NCBI RefSeq assembly: GCF_009914755.1
Contig: NC_060927.1
DNA length: 64,000 bases
Strand: one strand, 5' to 3'
DNA from: the human T2T-CHM13v2.0 reference genome, Homo sapiens
This document shows, piece by piece, positions 16,400 to 30,033 of the stretch (positions within the stretch are counted from its first letter, which is position 1; each line of letters opens with the position of its first letter). The notes beneath the pieces were generated by a model. That model was not told the DNA's origin and searched no databases. It worked only from the letters and a program-made list of their open reading frames with translations. Position numbers and translations under genes: made by a program.

Positions 16400-17130
16400 T
16401 TTCCTTTCCCTTAAATATGAACTGGCAACCAAGGATACAAGATATTTGAAGATGCCTCTAACATGAAAGATGGCCACATTTCACTATCTCCCATTCTACT
16501 CCCCAAAATGAAAAATCACTTTGTAGGAAACAGACTGCACAGGGTGAAGAAAGATTACCATTAATATCCTCTGAGAGATAAAGGAGATATTGCATCTGTG
16601 AAACAGGAACTGGATACTGTAGAAAAAGAAACAGTCAGATACCACAAAAGAGCTCTTGGAAATTAAAAATATGATAGCAAGAATGAAAATCTCAGTAGGA
16701 GGGTTGGAAGAAAAAGTTGAGGGAATTTGCTAGAAAATAAAGTAAAAAGACAAAGTCGTTGAAAATTAGAGAAGATACAATTAGGGATCAGCTTCAAGAG
16801 GTGCATTATTTGGTGGGGATTCAGAAGCACATAAGAGAGAAACTGAAGTATAAAAATTCACTGTGAAGTAATTTGGGAAAATTTTCCAGAATGTAAGGAG
16901 ACGGGCTTCCAGATTGAAAGGGCCCAGGAAGAAACTAACACTAATAAATGAAAATAGACTAATTTCATTGTGAAATTTCAGAATATTGGACCAAGAAGAT
17001 TTAACAAGCATTCAACTACAGGAAAAAGCATGCCATGTAAAAAGGACCAGGAATCAGACTGACATTGGATTTTAACCATGGAGACTAGAAGAGTAGAGGA
17101 GGGTCTTCAAAATGCCGAAGGAAAATGTGT
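16400..17130 (+). mobile_element. HAL1 or old L1 ORF1-like fragment
   Basis: A-rich degenerate ORF1-like sequence (GAGCTCTTGGAAATTAAAAATATGATAGCA...TTCCAGATTGAAAGGGCCCA). Confidence 0.6.
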
Positions 17131-17139
17131 GTTATATGT

Positions 17140-17507
17140 TATCTTAGTTCATTTAGGCTGCTATAACAATACTATAGGCTGGGTAGTTTATAAGCAACAG
17201 AAATTTATTTCTCACAGTTCTGGGCTGGGAAGTGCAAGAACAAGGTGCCAAACAGATTTAATGCCTAGTAAGAGCATATTTCATGGTTCATAGATGGCTG
17301 TCTTTTTGGTGTGTCCTCACATAGAGGAAGGGAGCAAGCGAGATCTCTGGGGTCTCTTTTATAAGGGCATTAATCCTGTTTATAAGGGCCCTGTCCTCAT
17401 GATCCAGTCACCTTTTCAAAGGCTTGACATCTGGATACGCTTATATTGGGGATTAGGTTTCAACATATGAATTTGCAGGAGGAAGACAAAACATTCTGTC
17501 TGTAGCA
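17140..17507 (-). mobile_element. MLT1A-type MaLR solo LTR
   Basis: TATCTTAGTTCATTTAGGCTGCTATAACAA...CAACAGAAATTTATTTCTCACAGTTCTG...TTTCAACATATGAATTT. Confidence 0.85.
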
Positions 17508-17517
17508 TATATAAATA

Positions 17518-17595
17518 TTAGAATGGTGCAAAAGTAATTGTGGTTTTGCCATTGGAAGTAATGGCAAAAACCCCAATTACTTTTGCATCAACCTA
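17518..17595. mobile_element. MADE1 (Hsmar1 MITE)
   Basis: Palindromic TTAGAATGGTGCAAAAGTAATTGTGG...CCCCAATTACTTTTGCATCAACCTA flanked by TA dinucleotides. Confidence 0.93.
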
Positions 17596-17863
17596 TAGCT
17601 TGTGGTTTGGGAGTTTATTTTTGTTTAAACTGACAATCTGGATTATTTAGTCCATTTGCACTTTGATATAGTTAGGTGTAGGTGTATCATCTTGGTCCTT
17701 GTTTTCTTTTTGTTCCTTAGTTTCTCAACTTATCCTTTCTTATTTTCCTTGAATTAACCCAGCATTTTAATGATTTCATTTAGGCTCCTCTATTAGCTTG
17801 TTGGTTTTACAGTGTTTTGCTTTTCCCTTAGTGATTATCCTAGAGTTTGAAACATGCACTCTT

Positions 17864-18140
17864 TTTTTTTTTTTTGAGATGGAGTCTTGCTCTGTCCCCT
17901 AGGCTGGAGTGCAGTGGTGCGATCTCGGCTCACTGCAGCTTCTGCCTCCATGGCCTCAGCTTCCTGAATAGCTGGGACTACAGTTGTGCGCCACCATGCC
18001 TGGCTAATTTTTGTATTTTTAGCAGAGACAAGGTTTCATCATATTGGCCAGGCTGGCCTCGAACTCCGGACCTCAATTGATCCACCCACCTCGGCCTCCC
18101 AAAGTGCTGGGATTACAGGTGTGAGCCACCACACGTGCCA
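17864..18140 (-). mobile_element. AluS with a short internal deletion
   Basis: TSD AAACATGCACTCTT at 17850-17863 and 18143-18156. Confidence 0.92.
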
Positions 18141-18223
18141 GAAAACATGCACTCTTATTAGAGTCTACCTTAAATTTGTTCTTTTACCACTCCCCAGATC
18201 GCATGAACTTTACAATGATTTAA

Positions 18224-18925
<702 letters not shown>

Positions 18926-20858
18926 TTTTACCCTTTTCAATTATCTCTTTACCATGCTTTTACATGGTTCTATCTGGGATTTATTTATTTATTTATTTAT
19001 TTGCCATTTAGATACATCTTTTAGTAGTATTTCTTTCAGCGCTGGTTTGCTGCGCATTGTTTCAGTTTCTGCTTATATGAATCTCTTAAATTTGTCATCA
19101 TTTTTGAATGATATTTTTCCTCAGTATAGAATTTTAGGTTCATGGGTGTTTTCTTTTAGCATTTTAAAGGTTTCATTTAGTTAATATTTGACTTGCATAA
19201 TTTCTTTGAAAAGTCACTGTGTTATTGATTTCTCCTAAATGTAATGTGGCTCTGCTCAGCTTGTCAGCCTCTCAGCTGCTGCTTTTTGTGGGGTTTCTTG
19301 GAATCCTGTATGCCATTTTGGGAACTGGGAAATCTCAGGAGTGGAGATTAATATAAAATTTTGGATTTACTGTAATTCACTTCTTTCTGAGATTTTTATC
19401 CCTAAGGCTCAGTTGCTTTGGTAGCCCTCAATGTCAACATTTTTCTCTTATTTCAATGGAACTATCATTTTCTGCTGGTATGCCCTCAGAAAAAAAAAGT
19501 CAGGTGAATGAGGAGCTCACCTTGATGTGGTTTTCCTTCTCTTGGAGATTATAGTGTCTGAAGTTCTGTCGAGGATAGTTGCTTTCTAATGCCCTTACAC
19601 AGCTGTTTCATGTATTTTGTCCAAAGCAAAGTTTTTGTCAGGACTAGAACCAGAAGTTCACAAATATATAGTATTTTAATTCCAAAAGAGTTTAAAAATA
19701 TCTTGATCAGTGGCAGTATTATTGAAATTCGCTTATGGCCCTCCAGAGTGACTAATTTTAATGAAATAATGACTCATTTGCAAGTAAAAATTCTCAGTTT
19801 TTTAATGTACATTTATTTATTGGTGATTATTATCTTTAAATTTACAGCTCACAAATGAAGATTTAATATAACTAAACTGTGCAAATAAATGCAGATGATT
19901 ATTGTGTAAATTTTTCAGTGCAAATAATGGAAAGAGGATTTTGAATGTAGACCTTTTGAATAATTACATTTTTCTGTTTTGAGGCTGAATTATCTTATAA
20001 GTTTCTTATTTTTACAAGTGATTGGCACATTGTTTCCTGCCTATTATTAGTTATATAACTGGAAAAGGTATCCATAATTGGGTGAACTCCATATATTTTT
20101 ATTGATGCACCAAAGTGAAAAAAATCAGTATTTTTAAAAGGGTGTAGATTTTGTTTTTGGCTCTTGAATTTACAATTGGTTGCTTAAATGATGTCTAAAG
20201 TGGGTCCTCATGCAAGTCTTCACAAAGAACCATGATTTGTTATTAAACTACTTTTAATCATGGTATGGAATGGAAGAGAAATTGTGCTTATCTTCTACCT
20301 GTCTCTACTTCCTGTGCAGCTATTAGCCAGGTATTGGGTATAAATAAATTTTCATTTTTTCCATTCATCGGTGAGGAATATATGTTACACCTTTGGAATA
20401 AAAAACTTTCACCTTTGAAACTTCTTATCAAAGGGGTATTTTTTTGTTGGACTGCATTTGATGCTTTTGATCTGGTTTGATTGGTTTGCACCTGGAATCT
20501 TTGTAAAGGGTTGCTGATTGTTGACTGTCACATGGCCTGATCTGTATAGAGGCTTCATTCTTTTGGGTTCACACTGCCGACACTGTTCTGCAGCTTCTCT
20601 GTCAGTACCAATTGTAGTGGTACTGTTGGCTCTTTGGGATAGTATAACTTCACTTGCATTGGGTGACTGGCAAGGACATTTCACAGTCTAAATAAGAATG
20701 CGTATTATTTTTATTTTTTTAAAGTGAAAGCAAGTTTATTAGGAAAATAGAGGAATGAAAGAATGGCTACTCCACAGGCAGAGCAGCCCTCCTGGTTGGC
20801 TATTTTTATGGTTATTTCTTGATTATATGCTAAACAAGGGGTAGATTATTCAAGAGTT

Positions 20859-20888
20859 TTCTAGGAAAGGGGTGGGCAATTCCTGGAA
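20859..20888. promoter_or_regulatory. Tandem GAS (STAT) motifs within MER41B
   Basis: TTCTAGGAA (20859-20867) and TTCCTGGAA (20880-20888), both TTCN3GAA; activity not shown. Confidence 0.5.
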
Positions 20889-21098
20889 CTGAGGGTTCCT
20901 CCCCTTTTTAAACCATATAGCATAACTTCCTGACATTGCCATGACATTTGTACACTGTCATGGCACTGGTGGGCATGTCTTTTAGCATACTAATGAATTA
21001 TAATTAGCATATAATGAGCAATGAGGACAACCAGAGGTCATTTTCATTGCCATCTTGGTTTTGGTGGGTTTTGGCTGGCTTCTTTACTGCAACCTGTT

Positions 21099-21103
<5 letters not shown>

Positions 21104-21143
<40 letters not shown>

Positions 21144-22433
21144 ATTTTTTTTATTTTTTAAAATTATACTTTAAATTCTGGGATACATGTGCAGAATTAT
21201 TACGTAGGTATACATGTGCCATAGTGGTTTGCTGCACCCATCAACCCGTCATCTACATTAGGTATTTTTCCTAATGCTATCCCTTCCCTAGTCCCCCACC
21301 CTCTGACATGCCCTGGTGTGTGATGTTCCCCTCCCTATGTCCATGTGTTCTCATTGTTCATCTGCCACTTGTGAGTGAGAACATGTGGTGTTTGGTTTTT
21401 CTGTTTCTGTGTTAGTTTGCTGAGAATAATGGTTTCCAGCTTCATCTGTGTCCCTGCAAAGGGTGTGAACTCATCCTTTTATAGGGCTGCATAGTATTCC
21501 ATGTTGTATATGTACTACATTTTCTTTATCCAGTTTATCATTGATGGGCATTTGGGTTGGTTCCAAGTCTTTGCTATTGTGAATAGTGCTGCAATAAACA
21601 TATGTGTGCATGCATCTTTATAGCAGAATGATTTATAATCCTTTGGGTATATACTCAGTAATGGGATTGCTAGGTCAAATGGTATTTCCGGTTCTAGATC
21701 TTTGAGGAATTACCACACTGTCTTCTACAATGGTCAGACTAATTTATACTCCCACCAACAGTGTAAAAGCATTCCTATTTCTCCACATCCTCTCTAGCAT
21801 CTGTTGTTCCCTGACTTTTTAATGATTGCCATTCTAACTGGTGTGACATGGTATCTCATTGTGGTTTTGATTTGCATTTCTCTAATGACCAGTGTTGATG
21901 AGCTTTTTTTCATATGTTTGTTGGCCACATAAATGTCTTCTTTTGAGAAGTGTCTGTTCATATCCTTTGCCCACTTTTTGATGAGATTGTTTCAACAAAC
22001 CTGACAAAAACAAGTAATGGGGAAAGGATTCCCTATTTAATAAATGGTGTTGGGAAAACTGGCTAGCCATATGCAGAAAGTAGAAACTGGACCCCTTCTT
22101 TACACCTTATACAAAAATTAGCTCAAGACGGATTAAAGACTTAAACGTAAGAACTAAAACCATAAAAATCCTAGAAGAAAACCTAGGTAGTACCATTCAG
22201 GACATAGACATGGGCAAAGACTTCATGACTAAAACACCAAAAGCAATGGCAACAAAAGCGAAAATTGACAAATGGGATCTAATTAAACTAAAGAGCTTCT
22301 GTACAGCAAAAGAAACTATCATCAGAGTGAACAGGCAGCCTGCAGAATAGGAGAAAATTTTTGCAATCTATTCATCTGACAAAGGTCTAATATCCAGAAT
22401 CTACAAGGAGCTTAAACAAATTTAGAAGAAAAG
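21104..22433 (-). mobile_element. 5'-truncated, 5'-inverted L1PA
   Basis: (TTTA)n tail and 3' UTR on minus to about 21992, then ORF2 on plus to 22433; TSD TGCAACCTGTTTTATT at 21088-21103 and 22434-22449. Confidence 0.93.
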
Positions 22434-22606
22434 TGCAACCTGTTTTATTAGCAAGGTCTTTGTGACCTGTATCTTGTGCTGACTTCTTGTCTCATCCTGT
22501 GACTTAGAATTCCTAAACTCCTGGGAATGCAGCCCAGTAGGTCTCAGCCTTATTTTACCTAGCCCCTATTCAAGATGGAGTTGCTTTTATTCAAACGCCT
22601 CTGACA

Positions 22607-25600
22607 TATTTTTCTTCTCCCTTTTACAAGGGAACTCTTAATCCTAAGGTTAGTAGAGGGATGAAGATCTAGCTTCTGAAACTTCTTCAGGCTGAATAGG
22701 GGTGGTGATATTCCTGCCTAACTATCAGGGTCTCTTGTATTCAGGTTTGAGAGGAGCTCAGTCAGAAAGCATTGGTTTGTCGAGGGCCGTTCATAGCTCT
22801 GAGTTTCAACAAAGGTGATATCTGGAAGATTAATAAGTCTTCAATTTAAGAAAACATTTAGTAAGCTTATCCTGCATTCCTATACAAGGAGTATAACAGC
22901 AATATATTCCACCACAGTAAAGCAAAGTAAGTAAAATTATCCCAAGTAAACTAAATAAGAAAGCTTTTCATGAACTGGGCAGTTGTTGGAACCAAGCTGA
23001 TATGGGGCTGCTAGCTGATCCCAATATGTGCCCAGAATTAGAATATTGATACAGAGTTTTGCATTACTCATCCCTCTGTTTCTTCTGAGCAGCAGTCAGA
23101 GATCACTGGTTGGTTCACAGGATAAGCAGGGTTAATCTAAAATGCAGATAAAACTTCGAAACAACTGATGAGAGTAGAATCTAATAACAGGCATACCATA
23201 GTTCTTGAAACATATTTTTTTCTCTTTAGTCTTCCATTTTTACTAAAGACAAATCATAATAGGACCAATTTGTTTGCAAAAATAAACCTTACTCTTATTC
23301 TTGGCCTGATTATTTGTTTAAAGTACAGCAAGAATAATTATTTTTCACATAGGCTTTTTAAATAGGCTTTGATGGAACTGTGTTCCATAAGGAATCTCAG
23401 ATAAAACTTTTTTTAAAAGCCAAGCCCAGCCATGGGTTTGTACCCTCAAATACCTATGAATTGGGTAAACTCATCTCCTCTTGGGGTCTCAAGACTATTT
23501 GAGGCCCCTGGGCCTTTCAGGAATTGACATTCTTTACCTACCACAGGTCTGGAATCTTGTACAGGGACTGTGTAGACAAGATATGAGGTCAGTTTTCCCA
23601 TGAGGCTTTTATTGCTCTACACGTCAAGTTTGATTCCTTAAAGGAAAGCACACCATTCCAGTCAAAACCTTGGTAAAATAACCAATTTCTCCAATTGTGT
23701 CCTGTTGCAAAAGAGAACATTCTTACTGCACTTATGCAAATAACTATATTGCCATAAATTAAGAATACTCAAATAGTTTCCAAATTCTGGAGAAATCAGG
23801 TAGAGAGAGACAAATATGCTTCAAATTTTTTTCACAGGAGTATACTTCACTTAATTGTTAAAAGCTGTAAGTAGCTCAAAAGAAAAGTTTTCTTGACTCT
23901 GTAAAACAAAACAAGGGATCAGCAACATTTTAAGCAAAGTCAAAAAGATTACTTTGAACTTTTATTAGTTTAATCCATGCAGTTAACTCCTCTTCTGCTT
24001 GATATTCATGAACATTTCAGCTCTCCAGGAGAGTCCTGAAAGTTTTTCCTGCATTCTGATGTCACAATCTCCAAACTTACCAGAAACCTGCATTCAAGAG
24101 CACCTGTCAAAGTTCTATAGCTGATTTTAAACCTTGAAGAGGTTTTTTCAAGGGATCAAAACAAGAAAATAATTGTTTTTGAAGAGGATCTAAACAAGAA
24201 AACAATTGTTTGTGGATGACCAAATTGTTTAGGGAAGCCCCTATTAAAGCCACAATTGACTATTAATTTTAGTTACTTCTGTGGCATACAACAATTTTAC
24301 ATAACAAGTTATAATTATTAATAACACACACTAAATCATATCAGAATTATAGGAGTTTTTCATAATTTTAGAACACATACCAATAATATTTACACAAATA
24401 CAGCCCAAAGAAAGCCAAACACCATTTCATATTTGACAGTGCTTCCCGTATGATTTGTATACCAAATAAGCTGAATATGTCATTTTTGGACCTTAGGTGA
24501 CCTAATAGCTAAAATATTAATTAAGTCAGAGAAAGTCATACTTTATAATTTGATTTTGGAAAGTTTGTCAAATATCAAAGTTTTTAGACACTTCATATTA
24601 GAAAATAGAGTTCCATGTCACTATAAGTCATTCATTTAGCCAAAATGGTAACTCAAACATTTAAAAAAGGCAAAAACTAAGAGGGAAGACTTAGCTTTCC
24701 AAAGTGTCTTTTTTCTTTCCCTTCTTTTTCCTGTGGTTATTCAAAAGGGGCAAACAAAAATCCTTCTTTTTATTAAATGTAACATGAAAATCTTGTTCAA
24801 GACAGAAAGCCATATTTCATTATTGCATTAGTGTACTATTAATGTCACACCCAATTCTTAAAACCTTATAGACAATTCAATTCAGTCTTAATCACTTTGC
24901 CCATAAGGTAGATTCTCATAAACCTTTTTTATAACCATTTAAAATTTTTGTTACAGAAGGCAGATTAGTGCTCTGAGAAAACCCTGTTGTACTTTTATTC
25001 CATTGTTCACACACAGACTTTTTTTACAAGATTAATTTTTCACAAATGTTTCACAACTTGCACAAACCTTCAGCTATATCCTGTCTAACTTAAAACAATT
25101 ATTTAACCCTTTAATCTAGGCAAAATCACCTCACATTCACATGCCTTTTTATGATCTTTTACCAAATCACCTGTCACTTTCTTTACACACCTTGCATGCA
25201 AAACTGTTTTTATTTCCCAAAGATTACTTAAGTCACATGAACTAAAAGGCATTGCACTTTTTACTTTTCTGACAAAATATTTGATATAAGTGCTTATTAC
25301 CTTTAAACCAATTAATTAAAATCACAGTCTTCAAACTTATCAGAAACTTCCATTCGAGAGCACCTGTCAAAGTTATATAGCTGACTATAAACCATCTTTT
25401 GAAGAGGATCAAAACAAGACAACAATTGTTCATGGATGACAAAATTCCTTAGGGCAGCCTGTATTAAAGCCTCATATCCTACATAGAACACATATAAATA
25501 CACAGACAGAAGAAGAACCAGTACTTGTAAGATTTTTTATTAGCCAGTTTTTAGGTTTCTCTTTAAAGTATGCAGTTTTTAGGGCCTAATAAGCAGGCAC

Positions 25601-26068
25601 AACTGGAAGGCAAAACAGATTAACAAAACCCAAAATTAAGGGTTCCATTTTTGTAGCAGATTCTGGATCTTCAAAAGGGAAACCTTATGGAACAAGACAG
25701 TGCAATGATTTTACTGTGCATTTCATTGCAAAGCAACCCAAAGCCAATCAGCTCATTCTGTGATTAGCCAAACCCCATGAGATCTTATCTCTCAGTGGTG
25801 GGAGAGGAATATCTTCATTCCTTCCAGGTGGCCCAAGAGCTTGCTTCTCTTATCCAAACATGCAAAGAGCCAAGTATCCCCCCATAACTGCCAATAGCCA
25901 TTGCTAAAAATATATTTCCTACCAAAGTATATTTTGTTTATTACACACCAAAATTCTCTCATAATGTGAATTTCTGATACACCCAAAAGTAAAAAAATCA
26001 GATAAAACAATGCAAAACAGAAAAGAGCCTTATATTTTGAGAGGGATCTATTACTTCTAATTCCTGGG
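22607..26068 (-). mobile_element. MER41-int / MER4-group non-autonomous ERV internal sequence
   Basis: Directly abuts the PPT and LTR; AT-rich with no ORFs; MER4-group motifs (CCAAATTCTGGAGAAATCAGGTAGAGAG, GAGGATCAAAACAAGACAACAATTGT). Confidence 0.75.
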
Positions 26069-27176
26069 GATCCCATTCTGGAGGACGGTGGCTGTCTTCT
26101 GACAGCTCCACTAAGCAGTGCCCCGGGGGGGACTCCATGTGGGGGCTCTTACCCAACCTTTCCCTTCTGCACTGCCCTAGCAGAGGTTCTCCATGAGGGC
26201 TCTGCCCCTGCAGCAGACTTCTGCCTGGACACCCAGGCATTTTCGTACATCCTCTGAAATCTAGGCGGAGGTTCCTAAACCTCAATTCTTGTCTTCTGTG
26301 TAGGGCCAATACCATGTAGAAGCTGCCAAGGCATGGAGCTTCCACCCTCTGAAGCAGCAGCCTGAGCTGTACCTTTCACCCTCTGAAGCAACAGCCTGAA
26401 GTATACCTTTAGCCATGGCTGGAGCTGAAGAAGCTGGGACACAGGGCACCAAGTCCTTAGGCTGCACACAGCAGTGGGGCCCTGGACCTTGCCCAGGAAA
26501 CCATTTTTCCCTCCTAGGCGTCTGGGCCTGTGATGAGAGGGGCTGCCACGAAGGTCTCTGACATGCCCCAGAGACACTTTCCTCATTGTCTTAGTGATTA
26601 ACATCTGGCTCCTCATTACTTATGCAAATTTCTGCAGCAGGCTTGAATTTCTCCCCAGAAAATGGGTTTTTGTTTTCTACCACATTGTCAGGCTGCAGAT
26701 TTTCCAAACTTTTATGCTATGTCACCTCTTGAAAATGCTTTGCTCTTTAGAAATGTCTTCTGCCAGATACCCTAAATCATCTCTTTCAAGTTCAAAGTTT
26801 CACAGCTCTCTAGGGCAGGGGCAAAATGCCACCAGTCTCTTTGCTAAACTATAGCAAGAGTCACCTTTATTCCAATTCCCAACAAGTTCCCCTTCTCCAT
26901 CTGAGACCACCTCAGCCTGGACTTCATTGTCAATATCACTATCAGCATTTTGGTCAAAATCATTTAACAAGTCTCTAGGAAGTTCCAAACTTTCCCACAT
27001 CTTTCTGTCTTCTGAGCCCTCAGTCTCTAGGAAGTTCCAGACTTTTCCACATTTTCCTGTCTTCTTCTGAGCCCTTCAAACTGTTTCAGCCTCTGCCTGT
27101 TATCCAGTTCCAAAGTTGCTTCCACATTTTTGGGTATCCTTATAGCAGCACCCTACACTCTGCAGTACCAATTTAG
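26069..27176 (-). mobile_element. THE1-int (MaLR internal), 3'-truncated
   Basis: CTGGAGGACGGTGG...CAGCTCCACTAAGCAGTGCCCC...CTCTAGGAAGTTCCAAACTTTCCCACAT...GTACCAATTTA. Confidence 0.88.
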
Positions 27177-27550
27177 TGTATTAGTCTGTTCTCATGCTGC
27201 TATGAAGAAATACCCAAGACTGGGTAATTTATAAAGAAAAGAGATTTAATTGACTCACAGTTCTGCATGACTGGGGAGGCCTCAGGAAACTTACAGTCAT
27301 GGTGGAAGGGGAAGCAAACACGTCCTTCTTCACATGGTGGCAGATGAGAGAAGTGCTGAACAAAGGGGAGAAAGCTCCTTATAAAACCTTCAGATCTTGT
27401 GGGAACTCACTATTATGAGAACAGCATGGGGGTAACCGCCCCCAGATTCAGTTACCTCCCACTGGGTCCCTCCCTCAGCATGTGGGGATTAGAATTGAGA
27501 TTACAATTCAAGATGAGATTTAGATGGGAACAGAGAGCCAGGCCATATTA
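27177..27550 (-). mobile_element. THE1 (C/D-like) 5' LTR
   Basis: TGTATTAGTCTGTTCTCATGCTGCTATGAAGAAATACCCAAGACTGGGTAATTTATAAAG...TTCAAGATGAGATTTAGATGGG...CCATATTA. Confidence 0.9.
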
Positions 27551-27589
27551 GTGGGGAAGTGGGTGCGGGAAAACTTCTCTCTTCTGTGT

Positions 27590-27930
27590 ATTTATATAGG
27601 ATGATTGGAGATGGCCTTTCTGAGAATATAACATTTGGGCAGAGAACAGATGGATATGAGGAAGCAATCCTGAGATACTCTGGGTGGAAGGGGTTTGGGG
27701 AGGGGAAGAACAGTCCAGAAATATGGTGCAAAAAGTATAAAGGTGCTGAGGCGGGAGCCTGCTTAGTAAGTTGAAGGAATTGCAGAGAGACTATTATGGC
27801 TGCAGTGGATGGATGGGATGGGGAGAAGCAGAGAGAGTGGTGGAAGTTGAGATCAGCAGAGGCTCTAATAAAGACTTTGAATTTTATTTTGATCTGGGAT
27901 GCTTTTGGAGAGCTTAGAGCAGAGGAGTAA
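27590..27930 (-). mobile_element. L2 fragment
   Basis: GGCCTTTCTGAGAA...AAAGGTGCTGAGGCGGGAG...GACTTTGAATTTTATT...GCAGAGGAGTAAC. Confidence 0.7.
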
Positions 27931-29573
27931 CTAAGGCTCAAAAAGTTAAACTTTTCTTTTGGAATTTGAAGTTAATACCCAAACCATTTCCAATAATTCT
28001 TTCATTTCCATTCATTTGGGTAAAGTGGAAAAAGTCTGTGTTTCTTGCAATCATGCCCTGAGTAACATGTCCCTAGCTTAGAAGTTGGAGAGTTGCAGCA
28101 AGTTACTGAGGAAGGGAAGAGCTGGTTTTTATAGGTAGAAGGGATAGAAGACCAATAGAGAACTTTTGGAGGCAATACAACAGCATTTTATAGAATTCAG
28201 TTATATTTTTCTGACTTAAGTTAAAGTTAGACGTAAGTCTTTATAAACTTGAGTGTTGTAAGAATGCCTTCCTTTCTTTAATTTTCTACAAAAATTTATA
28301 TCTGAAAATATTAGAGTATAAAACTTTGCCTTAACCTTAAGTTCCTAGTAGTAATCAAACCAGCAGATGTTTTACTCACCAAATGAGACTCTGATGTGTT
28401 CTTCAGTTAAATGCATATGATGACATTGAAATTGATGAACACTCAATCTGAACATCAAGGGGAGTTTCACTTTCTTTGCTAGTATTCTGAAATTTTGTAA
28501 AGTCAAGATATTAATGATGAAACTGAAAGGGGAGAATATAATTGCAGAGGTAGATTTTCCAGAGTTCTTGGACAGTAGGTAAATTGACATTTGGAAGATA
28601 CTTCAGTGTACTGGTTCATTAAAAGCATATATTTCCTGTTGATTCATAATGATTTGGGAGATATTTTAGTTGTTTCTTTGAGAGCTTATGAACTTTTTTG
28701 GTTCATATGTAAGAAACAAAAATAATGGGTTGTTCTTCCCTTTCTCTTTTCCTTACTGTCTTCAATTCTTCTTAGTCATGGAACGGATACATTTGGCAAA
28801 GCTTGTAGCAGAGTTGCAGTTTTAAGAAAAGGTGATGGCTGAAGTTCACTGAGCAGAATTCTCATGTGCACCTGATAATGGTGGCCTCCCTTAGAGATGA
28901 TAATGTGGTTTTGAAACTACTTAGATCAGTGATTGTCAGGGCTGGGGCAAGAGGTTGGGGAGGAGGGTTGACTACAAGAGAGCATGGTGTCACATTTGCA
29001 TTATCATTATATGGTGTTAAATGTATCCACAGTATGCATTTAAGATTCCTTCAGTGTCTTCTCATGGCTTGTTAGCTCATTTCTTTTTGTCTCTGAATAA
29101 CATTCCATTGATTGGATGTGCCACAGTTTTATTCACTCATCTGCTGAAGAGTGACATCTTAGATGCTTTTGAGTTTTGGCAGAAAGTATGATAAAGCTGC
29201 TGTAAACATCAATTTGTAGTTTTTTTGTGTGGATGTAAGTTTTCAACTCGTTTGGGTAAATATAAGGAATGGATTACTCAATCATATGGTAACAATATGT
29301 TTAGTTTTGTTGGAAACTGCCAAACTGTCTTCCAGAGTGCCTTTGTACCATTTTGGATTTCCATCAAGAGTGAATGAGAGTTCCTTTTGCTTTACATCTT
29401 CATCAGCATTTGGTTCGGGACAGTGTTCTGGATTTTGGCCATTGTGATAAGGCATGCAGTAGTATCTCATTGTTGTTTTAATTTGCAGTTGCTTAATCAC
29501 ATAATGATGTTGAGCAGCTTCTCATATTCTTATTTGTCATCTCTGTATCTTCTTTGGTGAAGTGTCTGTTTAG

Positions 29574-30033
<460 letters not shown>

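Larger units (their letters stand above)
20721..22606 (-). mobile_element. MER41B 3' LTR (U5 end truncated), interrupted by an L1PA
   Basis: AAAGTGAAAGCAAGTTTATT...GAGTTTTCTAGGAAAGGGGTGGGCAATTCCTGGAACTGAGGG...CGCCTCTGACA, followed by a reversed polypurine tract TATTTTTCTTCTCCC. Confidence 0.9.

Noticed and set aside
19600-20700. Repeat-free stretch as a hidden exon or enhancer (likewise 8700-9400 and 28000-28880)
   Set aside because: No DOCK-like peptide or convincing splice pair seen; conservation cannot be judged from sequence alone
26340-27080. Short tandem duplications within THE1-int
   Set aside because: Small slippage-type duplications, at least one of which I recall in MaLR internal consensus sequences; no sign of significance
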